Shown: piece after piece, positions 1 through 8,224 of the stretch | How the letters are laid out: the number at the start of each line of letters is the position of its first letter | Position numbering within the stretch: position 1 is the stretch's first letter | NCBI GenBank assembly: GCA_004554105.1 | Contig: SFNW01000004.1 | Coordinates: 1-39,304 of the forward strand | Direction of reading: 5' to 3' | Source of the DNA: Clostridiales bacterium | Lineage (GTDB): Bacteria > Bacillota > Clostridia > Oscillospirales > CAG-272 | DNA length: 39,304 bases | The notes under the pieces: model-generated | Told to the model about the DNA's origin: nothing | The model's database searches: none | Seen by the model: only the letters and a program-made list of their open reading frames with translations | Program-made: the position numbers and the translations under genes

Positions 1-1153
1 CAAGCATATCAATGACGTCGACATAGTAAACCGAGAAGGTAATCGTGTTGTTCATATAGGCTTCGGAAAAGCCGTAGTCCTCGCACATGGTCGCAAGGTC
101 GTCATAGTTGTAGTAGGCGAGGAAGGAAGCAAGTTCCTCCGCGCGGCGCTCGTCGCTGATGGTAAAGCCCTCGGCTTTCGCAATCGCGAAGATGACCATT
201 TCTTCCTTGACCGATTGCTCCGCGTTGGCTTTGACCTGCGCCTCGTATTCTTCGACCGACATACCGCTCACGCCCGAGACGAAATCCGCGTATGCCTTGC
301 CGTACATCGATGCGTAATACTTGATGTAGTCAAGCTGCTGCGCCATGTAATCCTCGACGACGCCCGCGGGGTACTTCAGCACCTCGGCGTTGTCGACCGC
401 AATCGAAAGCGCACCGCTCTGCTTCTCGGCGAGGATTTCGCTCTGCCGCTCCTCCGTGAGCACCGAGCGGACGTATGCCTCATACTCCGCCATCGTCGCG
501 TAATCGAAGTTTTCGCGGACGAAAGTGTCGTTATACTCGGGGTAAACCGTCTCGGTAATCGAGTGGAGCACAATCTCAAACTTTGCCGGCTTGCCCGCAT
601 AGTCGGGATTGTTCGGGTACGGGTCGGGGAAGGTGACGTCAATCGTCTTGGTCTCGCCGACGCGCATACCGACGATGCCTTCTTCAAAGCCGTCAATCCA
701 GCCGCCCGCGCCGAGCGTCATCGAGACGTTCTCGTCCTTGCCGCCCTCGAATTCGACGCCGTCCATCGTGCCGGTGTAGTCAATCACCAGCGCGTCGCCC
801 TCCTTTGCGGGGCGGTCGGTAATCTCAACCGTGCTGCTGTGCTGCGTCAGCACGGTTTCGATATATTCGTCGACATCGGCTGCGGTAATCTCGCTCGAGG
901 TCGTGAGCGTCACGGTCACGCCCTTATACTTGCCGAGTTTGATATACTCGTCGAGGTTGACTGCCGTATAATCAAACCCGTCGGGGTTGTTCATCACGGT
1001 TTCGGTAAACGAGGTTGCCTCGGTGGTTTCGGCTGCTTCGGTCGAAGCCTCGGTTTCGGACGAGGTCACGTCCGCATCGGGCTTCCCCGCGCCGCAGGAG
1101 ACTGCGGACAGCAGCATCAGCGCGGCAAGCGTCGCCGCCAGAAGTCTTTTCAT
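1..1153 (-). CDS. Trigger-factor-like FKBP-type peptidyl-prolyl isomerase lipoprotein (C-terminus runs off the window edge)
   Basis: There is no stop inside the window, so this gene is absent from the ORF track. Hand translation from ATG 1153-1151 (AAAGGA upstream) gives MKRLLAATLAALMLLSAVSC (signal peptide plus lipobox Cys). This is followed by the PPIase core EGDALVIDYTGTMDGVEFEGGK..GWIDGFEEGIVGMRVGETKTIDVTFP and a trigger-factor-like C-terminal helical region. It is a paralog of 1189..2526. Confidence 0.75.
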   Translation of the reverse strand, partial: MKRLLAATLAALMLLSAVSCGAGKPDADVTSSETEASTEAAETTEATSFTETVMNNPDGFDYTAVNLDEYIKLGKYKGVTVTLTTSSEITAADVDEYIETVLTQHSSTVEITDRPAKEGDALVIDYTGTMDGVEFEGGKDENVSMTLGAGGWIDGFEEGIVGMRVGETKTIDVTFPDPYPNNPDYAGKPAKFEIVLHSITETVYPEYNDTFVRENFDYATMAEYEAYVRSVLTEERQSEILAEKQSGALSIAVDNAEVLKYPAGVVEDYMAQQLDYIKYYASMYGKAYADFVSGVSGMSVEEYEAQVKANAEQSVKEEMVIFAIAKAEGFTISDERRAEELASFLAYYNYDDLATMCEDYGFSEAYMNNTITFSVYYVDVIDML

Positions 1154-1188
1154 GTTCGTATTCCTTTATTCAAATGAATTTTCATACA

Positions 1189-2526
1189 TTATGAGCCGCT
1201 GACGGCAAAGTTTGCCTCGGCGACGATTTTCGTAATGATCTCGGCATAGAGCTTGTCCTCTTTGAGTGTCGTTTTCGAGCTGCCGAGCTGCGCAATCAGC
1301 GCGTCAACACTGTCGAGTCCGAGAATCGCGGCGGTTGCCTCAAGCTCGGCTTCAAACTTCTCGTCGCTCGTATCCAGCCCCATGTCCTTGGCAATCGCAT
1401 AGAGCAGAAGCCGCTGTGCAACGAGGTTTTTCGCATTATTGAAAAGAATCGCCTCGGCGTCCTCGACCGCGAGACCGTAGAACGTCGGGAAAAGCTCCTC
1501 GTAGGTCAGACCGTACATCGCCGCAAGCTGCTCGTATGCCGCGACATTGCTGTCAAACGTCTCGGAAAGCACGCTCTCGGGGTACGCCTTAATGCGCGAA
1601 TTGGCAAGTGCCTTGGTCCACGCCGCCTCTTCTTTTGCGACTTCAAACGCGGCTTGCGCCTCGCGCTCGAGGTCTGCGCGCAGGGTCTCGCGATAGGCGT
1701 CGAGCGATTCCGCGCCGAAATAGGCAACGGCAAGCGCGTCGTCCGCCGCAGGGTAAATATGGTTGAGCGTGACCGTGAAGGTCGCCGCCTTGCCCGCATA
1801 AGCGGGGCTGTAATCGGCAGGGAACGTGAGGTCGAGGACTTTTTCTTCGCCCGCGCGCATACCGACGACGCCGGCTTCAAAGCCGTCAATCAATGCGCCC
1901 GAGCCGAGCGTGAGAACAAAGCCCGACGCACTGCCGCCGTCAAACAGCGCACCGTTCATCGTGCCGACAAAATCAATGCTGACCGTGTCCCCGATTTCCG
2001 CAGGGCGGTCGGTAATCATCGCCTCGGCGGGCAGAGACTGCACCGCTTGTGTCAGGCGTTCTTCCACATCGGCGTCGGTGACCTTCTCCGCAGCGGTTAC
2101 CGGCACCTCGATGCCGAGGTATTTGCCGAGTTCGATATAAGGCGAAAGGTCGCTCTTTGCAAAGTCAAACGGCTCGTCGGTTTCCTGTGCTTCCGAAGTC
2201 TCGGAACTTTCAACCGGGTCGGTGACCTCGCCGGTCGGCTCGGTCACGGGCGCGGGTGCGCTCGTCGGCTCGGTCGTCGCACTCGAAGGCTCGCTCGTTG
2301 CGGGTGCGGAAGTCGTCGCCGCTTCCGACGTCGGCTCGGTCGTCACATCGACGCCCGAAGAAACCGGCTCGGTCACGGTATCGGAGGACACGGGCGGCTC
2401 CGACGTCGGCTCGGTCACCGCACTCGAGGGTGCGGTCGGCTCGGTAACATCGGGCTTGCCGTGCGCACAGCTCCCGAGTGAAAATGCAAGCGTCAAAACA
2501 AGCACCGCAATCAGAATTTTTTTCAT
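1189..2526 (-). CDS. Trigger-factor-like FKBP-type PPIase lipoprotein with Thr/Glu/Pro/Ser-rich linker
   Basis: ORF track, 445 aa. MKKILIAVLVLTLAFSLGSC is a lipoprotein signal, followed by a ~95-aa TEPTS-type low-complexity linker. The PPIase core is GDTVSIDFVGTMNGALFDGGSASGFVLTLGSGALIDGFEAGVVGMRAGEEKVLDLTFP. A GGAGGG RBS precedes ATG 2526. Confidence 0.8.
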   Translation of the reverse strand: MKKILIAVLVLTLAFSLGSCAHGKPDVTEPTAPSSAVTEPTSEPPVSSDTVTEPVSSGVDVTTEPTSEAATTSAPATSEPSSATTEPTSAPAPVTEPTGEVTDPVESSETSEAQETDEPFDFAKSDLSPYIELGKYLGIEVPVTAAEKVTDADVEERLTQAVQSLPAEAMITDRPAEIGDTVSIDFVGTMNGALFDGGSASGFVLTLGSGALIDGFEAGVVGMRAGEEKVLDLTFPADYSPAYAGKAATFTVTLNHIYPAADDALAVAYFGAESLDAYRETLRADLEREAQAAFEVAKEEAAWTKALANSRIKAYPESVLSETFDSNVAAYEQLAAMYGLTYEELFPTFYGLAVEDAEAILFNNAKNLVAQRLLLYAIAKDMGLDTSDEKFEAELEATAAILGLDSVDALIAQLGSSKTTLKEDKLYAEIITKIVAEANFAVSGS

Positions 2527-2630
2527 TCCCGCCCTCCATAGTCGTTAGACTTCAATATGATAGCACAATTCTACCCAAAAGTAAATGAATTTCAGGTGAA
2601 TTTTTTCGATATTTTTCTCAATTTTCCCGG

Positions 2631-3456
2631 TCACAGACCGAGGTCGCGTTTGGTAAAGGTATATGCGGCATTGCAGAAGCGGCAGGAAAGCTCGAGTTCC
2701 TCGGGCTTGCCCTCCGCGACCTGCTCGGCAAACATTTCTTCGAGGTCGCGCCGCCCGACCGAAAGAAGCGCGCGCTTCATGCGGTCGCGCGAGCAGTTGC
2801 AGCGATAGTCGACGTCGAGCGTGTCAAAGAGGTCGTATTCGATGCCGCGAAGCGCGATGTCGGCGATGTCGGAAAGGCTCTTGCCCTCGTCAAACAGGTG
2901 CGACAGCCCCGTGAGCGACGCGGCGTTTTCCTCGAGCTTTGCAATCACGCTCTCGTCGGCAAACGGCAGAAGCTGCACCAGCACGCCGCCCGCCGCGTCC
3001 CGCCACGTCCTCTGCAATCTCGCCGCTGCGCAGCTCGACCGTGCCGATGTGCGGCTCAGCCTGTCCGCATTCGCGGATAACGGTCAGTCTGCCGCGCCCG
3101 ACCGCACCGCCCACATCGAGCTTGCCGTCGGCGCGCACCGGCAGATGCGCCATGGGGTTTTCGATATAGCACTTTGCGTTGCCGTAGTAGTCGCCGACCG
3201 CAATCAATTTGCCGATACAGCCGTCGCCCGCAACGGTCAGGCTGACCGTGTCCTGCTTCTCGCCGCACATCGAGCCGAGAATCGACGCCGCCGTCAAAAG
3301 TCTCCCCGCGGCGGCGGTCGCCGTGGGCGCGGTCGAATGAATTTTCCGCATTTCTTCGACCATTGCGGTCGAGTTGATGACATGAATCCGCGCACTGCCG
3401 TCGTGCGTCATCGCGCGCAGCATCTGCGCCTTCTGTTTATTCGTCGTATTTTCCAT
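2631..3456 (-). pseudogene. hslO: Hsp33 redox-regulated chaperone, disrupted by an out-of-frame internal deletion
   Basis: Two overlapping ORFs lie in different frames. ORF 2890..3456 gives the Hsp33 N-domain (MENTT..GTVELRSGEIAEDVA, then nonsense). ORF 2631..3017 gives the C-terminal part (AAGGVLVQLLPF..CNCSRDR..CRFCN zinc centre). The junction is at about 2994-3003. The conserved YY..SEQ.PS..GVLV segment (about 20-25 aa in E. coli and B. subtilis Hsp33) is missing from both frames. A GAGGA RBS precedes ATG 3456. Confidence 0.6.
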
Positions 3457-3497
3457 TGGAATTCCTCAACAATAATGTAATATTGAAACTTGACTTT

Positions 3498-3659
3498 GCC
3501 TTCCCCCTTGGGGGAAGGTGGTGCGTCAGCACCGGATGAGGGGTAGCCGTTCGCAAAGCGGCGTTGCCGCAGTCTCGACCGAAGAAAAGCAGACGGACGC
3601 GGCGCGTCCTACCCCTCATCAGTCAACTTCGTTGACAGCTTCCCCCCGAGGGGAAGCCT
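3498..3659 (+). repeat. Structured intergenic repeat, family A/B, copy A1 (about 160 nt, five hairpins)
   Basis: The element reads gccttccccc-ttg-ggggaagg / ggtgc-gtca-gcacc / long stem tgaggggta..tacccctca enclosing two small hairpins / gtcaac-ttc-gttgac / cttcccc-ccga-ggggaag. The same architecture occurs at 28130, 5968 and 12509. Confidence 0.8.
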
Positions 3660-3663
3660 GTTT

Positions 3664-4443
3664 TCATACTCGCTTTGCAACAAAATAGATGCGCTCGGTA
3701 TTGCTCGCGGGCGCGCTGCCGTCGAGGTCGCCGTGCTCGGCGACGACTTCAAAACCGCGCTGTTTCAGCATTCGCCGAATCTCGGCTGCCGTAAAGCAGG
3801 TCTCGCGCTCGTAGTCGTCGCGCCGCGTATACCTGCCGTCGGCGTCCTCTGTGAACACGCTTGTGAAAAACTCGCACAGGCGGCTTTGCGGGTCATAGAG
3901 ATTCTGCCACGCGCAGAGGACGCCCTCGTCTTCGAGCACATAGGCGTTTGTCCCGTAGATCTCCTTGAATTTATACGGCGTGTTGACGTCGAACAAAAAG
4001 AGCCCGCCCGGCTCGAGGTAATTGTGCACGAGCGAGAGCATCGTCAGAAAATCGGCTTTTCCGTCAACGTGATTGACCGAATCGAGGCAGGAAACAACCG
4101 CCTGCACCGTGCCGTACAGTTCAAACGAGAGCATATCCTGACAGAGGAACAAAATCGCGTCCGCGCGCCCCGCAGCCTCCGCCTTGCCTCTGGCGATGTC
4201 AAGCATCTCGGGCGAGCGGTCGACGCCGGTCATGTCGTAGCCGCGCCGGTCGAGCGCAAGCGTCATCGTCCCCGTGCCGCAGCAAAGGTCAAGCACGAGC
4301 TTTGCCGCAATGTCCGAATGCGCCTTGATTTGCGCGTCGATGTAGTCCGCCCACTTCTCGTAGTCGAGGTCGGCGTTCAGCCTGTCGTAGACGGCAGACA
4401 GCGCACTGTAATCATCGGTCACGGTATCCCTCCTCCGCAGCAT
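3664..4443 (-). CDS. Class I SAM-dependent methyltransferase
   Basis: ORF track, 259 aa. Motif I is LDLCCGTGTMTLALDRRGYDMTGVDRSPEML, in a typical Methyltransf_11/25-like layout. Confidence 0.85.
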   Translation of the reverse strand: MLRRRDTVTDDYSALSAVYDRLNADLDYEKWADYIDAQIKAHSDIAAKLVLDLCCGTGTMTLALDRRGYDMTGVDRSPEMLDIARGKAEAAGRADAILFLCQDMLSFELYGTVQAVVSCLDSVNHVDGKADFLTMLSLVHNYLEPGGLFLFDVNTPYKFKEIYGTNAYVLEDEGVLCAWQNLYDPQSRLCEFFTSVFTEDADGRYTRRDDYERETCFTAAEIRRMLKQRGFEVVAEHGDLDGSAPASNTERIYFVAKRV

Positions 4444-4553
4444 TTTCGCTTTATATTTTAAAGCATTTTCTCCTGTTTGTAAATGATTTTTTCACCGAAG
4501 CGTATCTTCCTTTACAAAATGTCAAAAAATAAACAAAATATTCGTGAAATCGG

Positions 4554-4582
4554 TTGAATTTCCAAAGCGGTTGTGCTATATT
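4554..4582 (+). promoter_or_regulatory. Sigma-A-type promoter for pgk
   Basis: TTGAAT (4554-4559), 17-nt spacer, TATATT (4577-4582), in an AT-rich divergent spacer 45 nt upstream of the pgk ATG. Confidence 0.5.
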
Positions 4583-4626
4583 GTTATGTGGATAATCAGG
4601 AAATTTATATAAAAGGAGTGTCTGTT

Positions 4627-5934
4627 ATGTACAACAAGAAAACCATTGAGGACGTCGAAGTCAAGGGCAAGAGAGTCCTTGTCCGCTGCGATTTCAACGT
4701 CCCGCTCAAGGACGGCAAAATCACCAGTGACAAGCGTATCGTTGCGGCGCTGCCGACCATTGAGTATCTGCTGAACCACGGCGCAAAGGTTATTCTCTGC
4801 TCCCACATGGGTAAGCCGCACGCCATCTTCACCGAGGGTTTCGGTCTCGACAAGAAAGAAAAGAAGAAGATTGAGGAACTGCCCGAGGCAGAGCAGGCAG
4901 CCGCAAAGGCAGAGCTGCTGGAAAAAGCAAAGAAGAACGACCCCGTCAAGTTCACGCTGAAGCCGGTTGCCGACCGCTTGAATGAGCTGCTCGGCGGCAA
5001 GGTCGCTTTCGCCGCCGACATCGTCGGCGAGGACGCCAAGGCAAAGGCAGCCGCTCTCAAGGAGGGTGAGGCGCTTCTGCTCGAGAATGTCCGCTTTGAC
5101 GCGCGCGAGACCAAGAACGACCCCGCGTTCTCCAAGGAGCTGGCTTCGCTTGCCGATGTTTACGTCAACGACGCGTTCGGCACTGCGCACCGCGCACACG
5201 CTTCGACCGCGGGCGTTGCCGCTTACCTCCCCGCTGTCTGCGGCTACCTGATTCAGAAGGAAATCGGCATTATGGGCAAGGCACTTTCCAACCCCGAGCG
5301 TCCGTTCGTCGCGATTCTCGGCGGCGCGAAGGTCTCCGATAAGCTCAATGTCATCAACAACCTGCTCACCAAGGTCGACACGCTCATCATCGGCGGCGGC
5401 ATGGCGTACACCTTCCTCGCAGCCAAGGGCTACGGCGTCGGCACTTCTCTGCTCGACAGCGAGAAGATTGACTACTGCAAGGACATGATGAAGAAGGCGG
5501 AAGAAAAGGGCGTCAAGCTCCTGCTCCCCGTCGACACCACGATTGCGAAGGACTTCCCCGACCCGATTGACGCCGCAATCGAGACCGAGATTGTTCCCTC
5601 AAACGAAATTCCCGCAGACCGCATGGGTCTCGACATCGGCACAAAGACGATGGAGCTCTATGCCGACGCGGTCAAGAGCGCAAAGACGGTCGTCTGGAAC
5701 GGCCCGATGGGCGTATTTGAGAACCCGATTCTCGCAAAGGGCACGATTGCGGTTGCCAAGGCACTTGCCGAGAGCAGCGCGACGACCATCGTCGGCGGCG
5801 GCGACAGCGCGGCTGCCTGCGAGCAGCTCGGCTTTGCCGATAAGATCACCCACATTTCGACCGGCGGCGGCGCATCGCTCGAATTCCTCGAAGGACTCGA
5901 GCTGCCCGGCATCGCTTGCCTCGAAGACAAATAA
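4627..5934 (+). CDS. pgk: Phosphoglycerate kinase (with about 40-aa Lys/Glu-rich insertion)
   Basis: The ORF track frame starts at 4573, but the start is moved to ATG 4627, which is preceded by AAAGGAG. Diagnostic sequence: [26 protein letters not shown].., [34 protein letters not shown]. Confidence 0.95.
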   Translation: MYNKKTIEDVEVKGKRVLVRCDFNVPLKDGKITSDKRIVAALPTIEYLLNHGAKVILCSHMGKPHAIFTEGFGLDKKEKKKIEELPEAEQAAAKAELLEKAKKNDPVKFTLKPVADRLNELLGGKVAFAADIVGEDAKAKAAALKEGEALLLENVRFDARETKNDPAFSKELASLADVYVNDAFGTAHRAHASTAGVAAYLPAVCGYLIQKEIGIMGKALSNPERPFVAILGGAKVSDKLNVINNLLTKVDTLIIGGGMAYTFLAAKGYGVGTSLLDSEKIDYCKDMMKKAEEKGVKLLLPVDTTIAKDFPDPIDAAIETEIVPSNEIPADRMGLDIGTKTMELYADAVKSAKTVVWNGPMGVFENPILAKGTIAVAKALAESSATTIVGGGDSAAACEQLGFADKITHISTGGGASLEFLEGLELPGIACLEDK

Positions 5935-5967
5935 GCAAAACAGAGGAGTACAGGGCTGCCGAACCTT

Positions 5968-6076
5968 GCCTCCCTCTTTGAGGGAGGTGGCACGCGGAGC
6001 GTGACGGAAGGAGTAACCATACGCAATGAAACTCCTTCAGTCGCTAACGCGACAGCTCCCTCTCGGAGGGAGCCTT
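5968..6076 (+). repeat. Structured intergenic repeat, family A/B, copy B1 (about 110 nt)
   Basis: The element reads gcctccctc-ttt-gagggagg / cacgc-gga-gcgtg / ggaaggagt..actccttc / gtcgc-taac-gcgac / ctccctc-tcg-gagggag. It lies inside the pgk-tpiA spacer. Confidence 0.8.
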
Positions 6077-6152
6077 GATAGATTCGATAGATTCGTTTAA
6101 AAAGTAGCTTCTGTAGTAAGCAAAATTTCGGCAATCTTTCATCTCCCCCGTC

Positions 6153-6180
6153 TTTCGGTCTGCGCCGAAGGCGACAGCCC
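6153..6180 (+). repeat. Partial copy of the family C repeat 3' end
   Basis: tttcggtctgcgccgaaggcgacagccc matches the 3' ends of the copies at 22793-22820 and 30852-30879. Confidence 0.45.
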
Positions 6181-6186
6181 ACAATT

Positions 6187-6948
6187 ATGAAAATGAGAAG
6201 AAAAGTTATTGCGGGCAACTGGAAAATGAACCAGACCCCGAACGCGGCGCGTGAATTTGTCAAGGCGCTTGCCCCCATGGTCGCGGATAAAACGAACTGT
6301 GACGTCGTCCTCTGCGTTCCCTTTGTCGACATTTGGGTCGCTGCCGAGGCGGCACGCGGCACGAATATCAAAATCGGCGCGCAGAACGTCCACTTCAAGG
6401 AGAGCGGTGCATACACCGGCGAAATCAGCGCGGATATGCTGACCGAAGTCGGCGCGGAATACGTCATCATCGGACACAGCGAGCGCAGACAGTATTTCGG
6501 CGAGACCGACGAGACAGTCAATCTGCGCACCAAGACCGCGCTTGCCAAGGGACTCAAGGTTATCCTCTGCGTCGGCGAGCTGCTCGAAGCAAGACAGGCG
6601 GGCATCACCGACGAGGTGGTCGCCATGCAGATCAAGCTCGACCTTGCGGGCATCGAAAAGAAGGACCTCGCCAATATCATCATCGCCTATGAGCCGGTTT
6701 GGGCAATCGGCACGGGTCTGACGGCAACGCCCGAGCAGGCGGACGAGGTCTGCGGACTCATTCGCGAGACCATCGGCAAGCTCTACGGCACGGATGCAGC
6801 CGAAGCGATGATCATTCAGTACGGCGGCTCGATGAACGACAAGAACGCCGCAGAACTGCTGAGCAAGCCGAATGTAGACGGCGGACTCATCGGCGGCGCT
6901 TCGCTCAAGACCGACGCGTTTACCGCTATCGTCACCGCCGCACAGTAA
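6187..6948 (+). CDS. tpiA: Triosephosphate isomerase
   Basis: ORF track, 253 aa. Diagnostic sequence: VIAGNWKMN, IIGHSERR, AYEPVWAIGTG, GGASL. No clear Shine-Dalgarno sequence precedes ATG 6187 or ATG 6193. Confidence 0.95.
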   Translation: MKMRRKVIAGNWKMNQTPNAAREFVKALAPMVADKTNCDVVLCVPFVDIWVAAEAARGTNIKIGAQNVHFKESGAYTGEISADMLTEVGAEYVIIGHSERRQYFGETDETVNLRTKTALAKGLKVILCVGELLEARQAGITDEVVAMQIKLDLAGIEKKDLANIIIAYEPVWAIGTGLTATPEQADEVCGLIRETIGKLYGTDAAEAMIIQYGGSMNDKNAAELLSKPNVDGGLIGGASLKTDAFTAIVTAAQ

Positions 6949-7016
6949 AGCGCGGCATTCACGCCCCTCGAATCGTTTGACAGTATCGAATTTTTTGACA
7001 CTACAGGAGAACGGCC

Positions 7017-8147
7017 ATGACTGAATATGTAAAGTTTCCGGTCGAGTTGCTTGACGACTTCTGCATGAAGGCGTTCGGCAAGCTCGGCTTCAAGAAGAGC
7101 GAATGCCGGATTATCACCGATGTTTTGATGATGTCCGACAAATTCGGTATCGAGTCGCACGGTATGCAGCGTCTCGTCCGCTATCACAAGGGCATCGAAA
7201 AGGGACTCATCGACGTCCACGCCGTCCCCGAAGTTGTGCATGAGACCCCGACAACCGCGGTCATCGACGCGCACGACGCAATGGGACAGCTCGCCGGTCA
7301 CAAGGCGATGAAGCTTGCGATCCGTAAGGCGAAGCGCAGCGGCGTCGGTATCGTTTCGGTGCGCAATTCCAACCACTTCGGCATCGCGGGCTACTACGCA
7401 AAGATGGCTTGCGACGCGGGGCTGCTCGGCATGGCGTTCACCAACTCCGAGGCGATTATGGTCCCGACCTTCGGCAAGCTGGCGATGATCGGCTCCAACC
7501 CGATTGCCGTCGCGATGCCCGCCGAGCCGTATGACTTCTTCTTTGACGCCTCGACGACGGTCGTCACGCGCGGCAAGCTCGAGATGTACAACAAGATGGG
7601 CAAGCCCCTGCCCGAGGGCTGGGCGCTCAACAAGGACGGCAAGGCGTCGACCGACGCGCCCGATGTCTTAAAGAACATCGTCGCGAAGAACGGCGGCGGC
7701 ATCATGCCGCTCGGCGGCAATACCGAGACGCTCGGCAGCCACAAGGGCTACGGCTACGGTATGCTCTGCGAAATCTTCTGCTCGATTCTCTCGATGGGCA
7801 CGACCTCGAACTACGCGATGCACGGCGGAAGAAGCGGCATCTGCCACGGCTTCATCGCCATCAATCCCGCTTCGTTCGGCGATCCCGAAGCCATCAAGGA
7901 GCATCTGTCGACCTATCTTCGCGAACTGCGCGAATCGCCCAAGGCGGAGGGTGCGGCACGCATCTACACGCACGGCGAAAAGGAAGTCGAAGCAACCGCG
8001 CGCATCATGAAAGAGGGCGTTCCGGTCAACGTCAACACCCTGCGCGAGATGATTGAATTTGCCAAGTTTGTCGGCATCGACCCGAAGAAATACTTCGGCG
8101 AGCACGCCGCGGCAGACGACAGCAAGATGTTCTCGGGCAACTATTAA
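7017..8147 (+). CDS. Ldh_2 family (malate/L-lactate/sulfolactate-type) NAD(P)H-dependent dehydrogenase
   Basis: ORF track, 376 aa. SHGMQRLVRY, NSNHFGIAGYYA and GSHKGYGYGM are typical of the Ldh_2 family. Confidence 0.85.
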   Translation: MTEYVKFPVELLDDFCMKAFGKLGFKKSECRIITDVLMMSDKFGIESHGMQRLVRYHKGIEKGLIDVHAVPEVVHETPTTAVIDAHDAMGQLAGHKAMKLAIRKAKRSGVGIVSVRNSNHFGIAGYYAKMACDAGLLGMAFTNSEAIMVPTFGKLAMIGSNPIAVAMPAEPYDFFFDASTTVVTRGKLEMYNKMGKPLPEGWALNKDGKASTDAPDVLKNIVAKNGGGIMPLGGNTETLGSHKGYGYGMLCEIFCSILSMGTTSNYAMHGGRSGICHGFIAINPASFGDPEAIKEHLSTYLRELRESPKAEGAARIYTHGEKEVEATARIMKEGVPVNVNTLREMIEFAKFVGIDPKKYFGEHAAADDSKMFSGNY

Positions 8148-8154
8148 GCAAACG

Positions 8155-8193
8155 ACTCCCCCGTGCGGCGTTTGACCCGTGCGGGGGAGTTTT
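8155..8193 (+). terminator. GC-rich hairpin with short T-run after the Ldh_2 gene (terminator or attenuator)
   Basis: actccccc(gtgcgg)..(ccgtgc)gggggagt followed by ttt. Only about 30 nt separate it from the next start codon. Confidence 0.45.
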
Positions 8194-8224
8194 CGTCAAA
8201 TCTCAATACATAAGGAAAAGTGAA

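Noticed and set aside
215-1177. Long ORFs on the opposite strand or out of frame relative to recognisable genes. Examples: 215..1177 +, 1654..2481 +, 5658..6683 -, 10090..10917 -, 10203..11087 +, 15943..17151 -, 17905..18957 -, 24541..25461 -, 28220..29254 +, 35190..36155 +, 36113..36910 -, 37059..38051 -.
   Set aside because: Their products are Arg/Ala/Gly/Pro-rich nonsense with no motifs. They fully overlap genes with clear family signatures. Stop-poor shadow frames like these are expected in DNA with very high GC3.
4573-4626. N-terminal extensions given by the ORF track for pgk. The same applies to ymdB (to 22918), rny (to 24650), arsR (to 28181), divIC (to 29934), yabP (to 30687), radC (to 13496), the NmrA-like gene (to 21009), hxlR (from 21163), ruvX (to 34957) and the binding protein and permease (from 9042 and 9958).
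   Set aside because: In each case an internal ATG preceded by a good Shine-Dalgarno sequence gives the family-typical N-terminus. The extensions cross intergenic repeats, promoters or the preceding gene.
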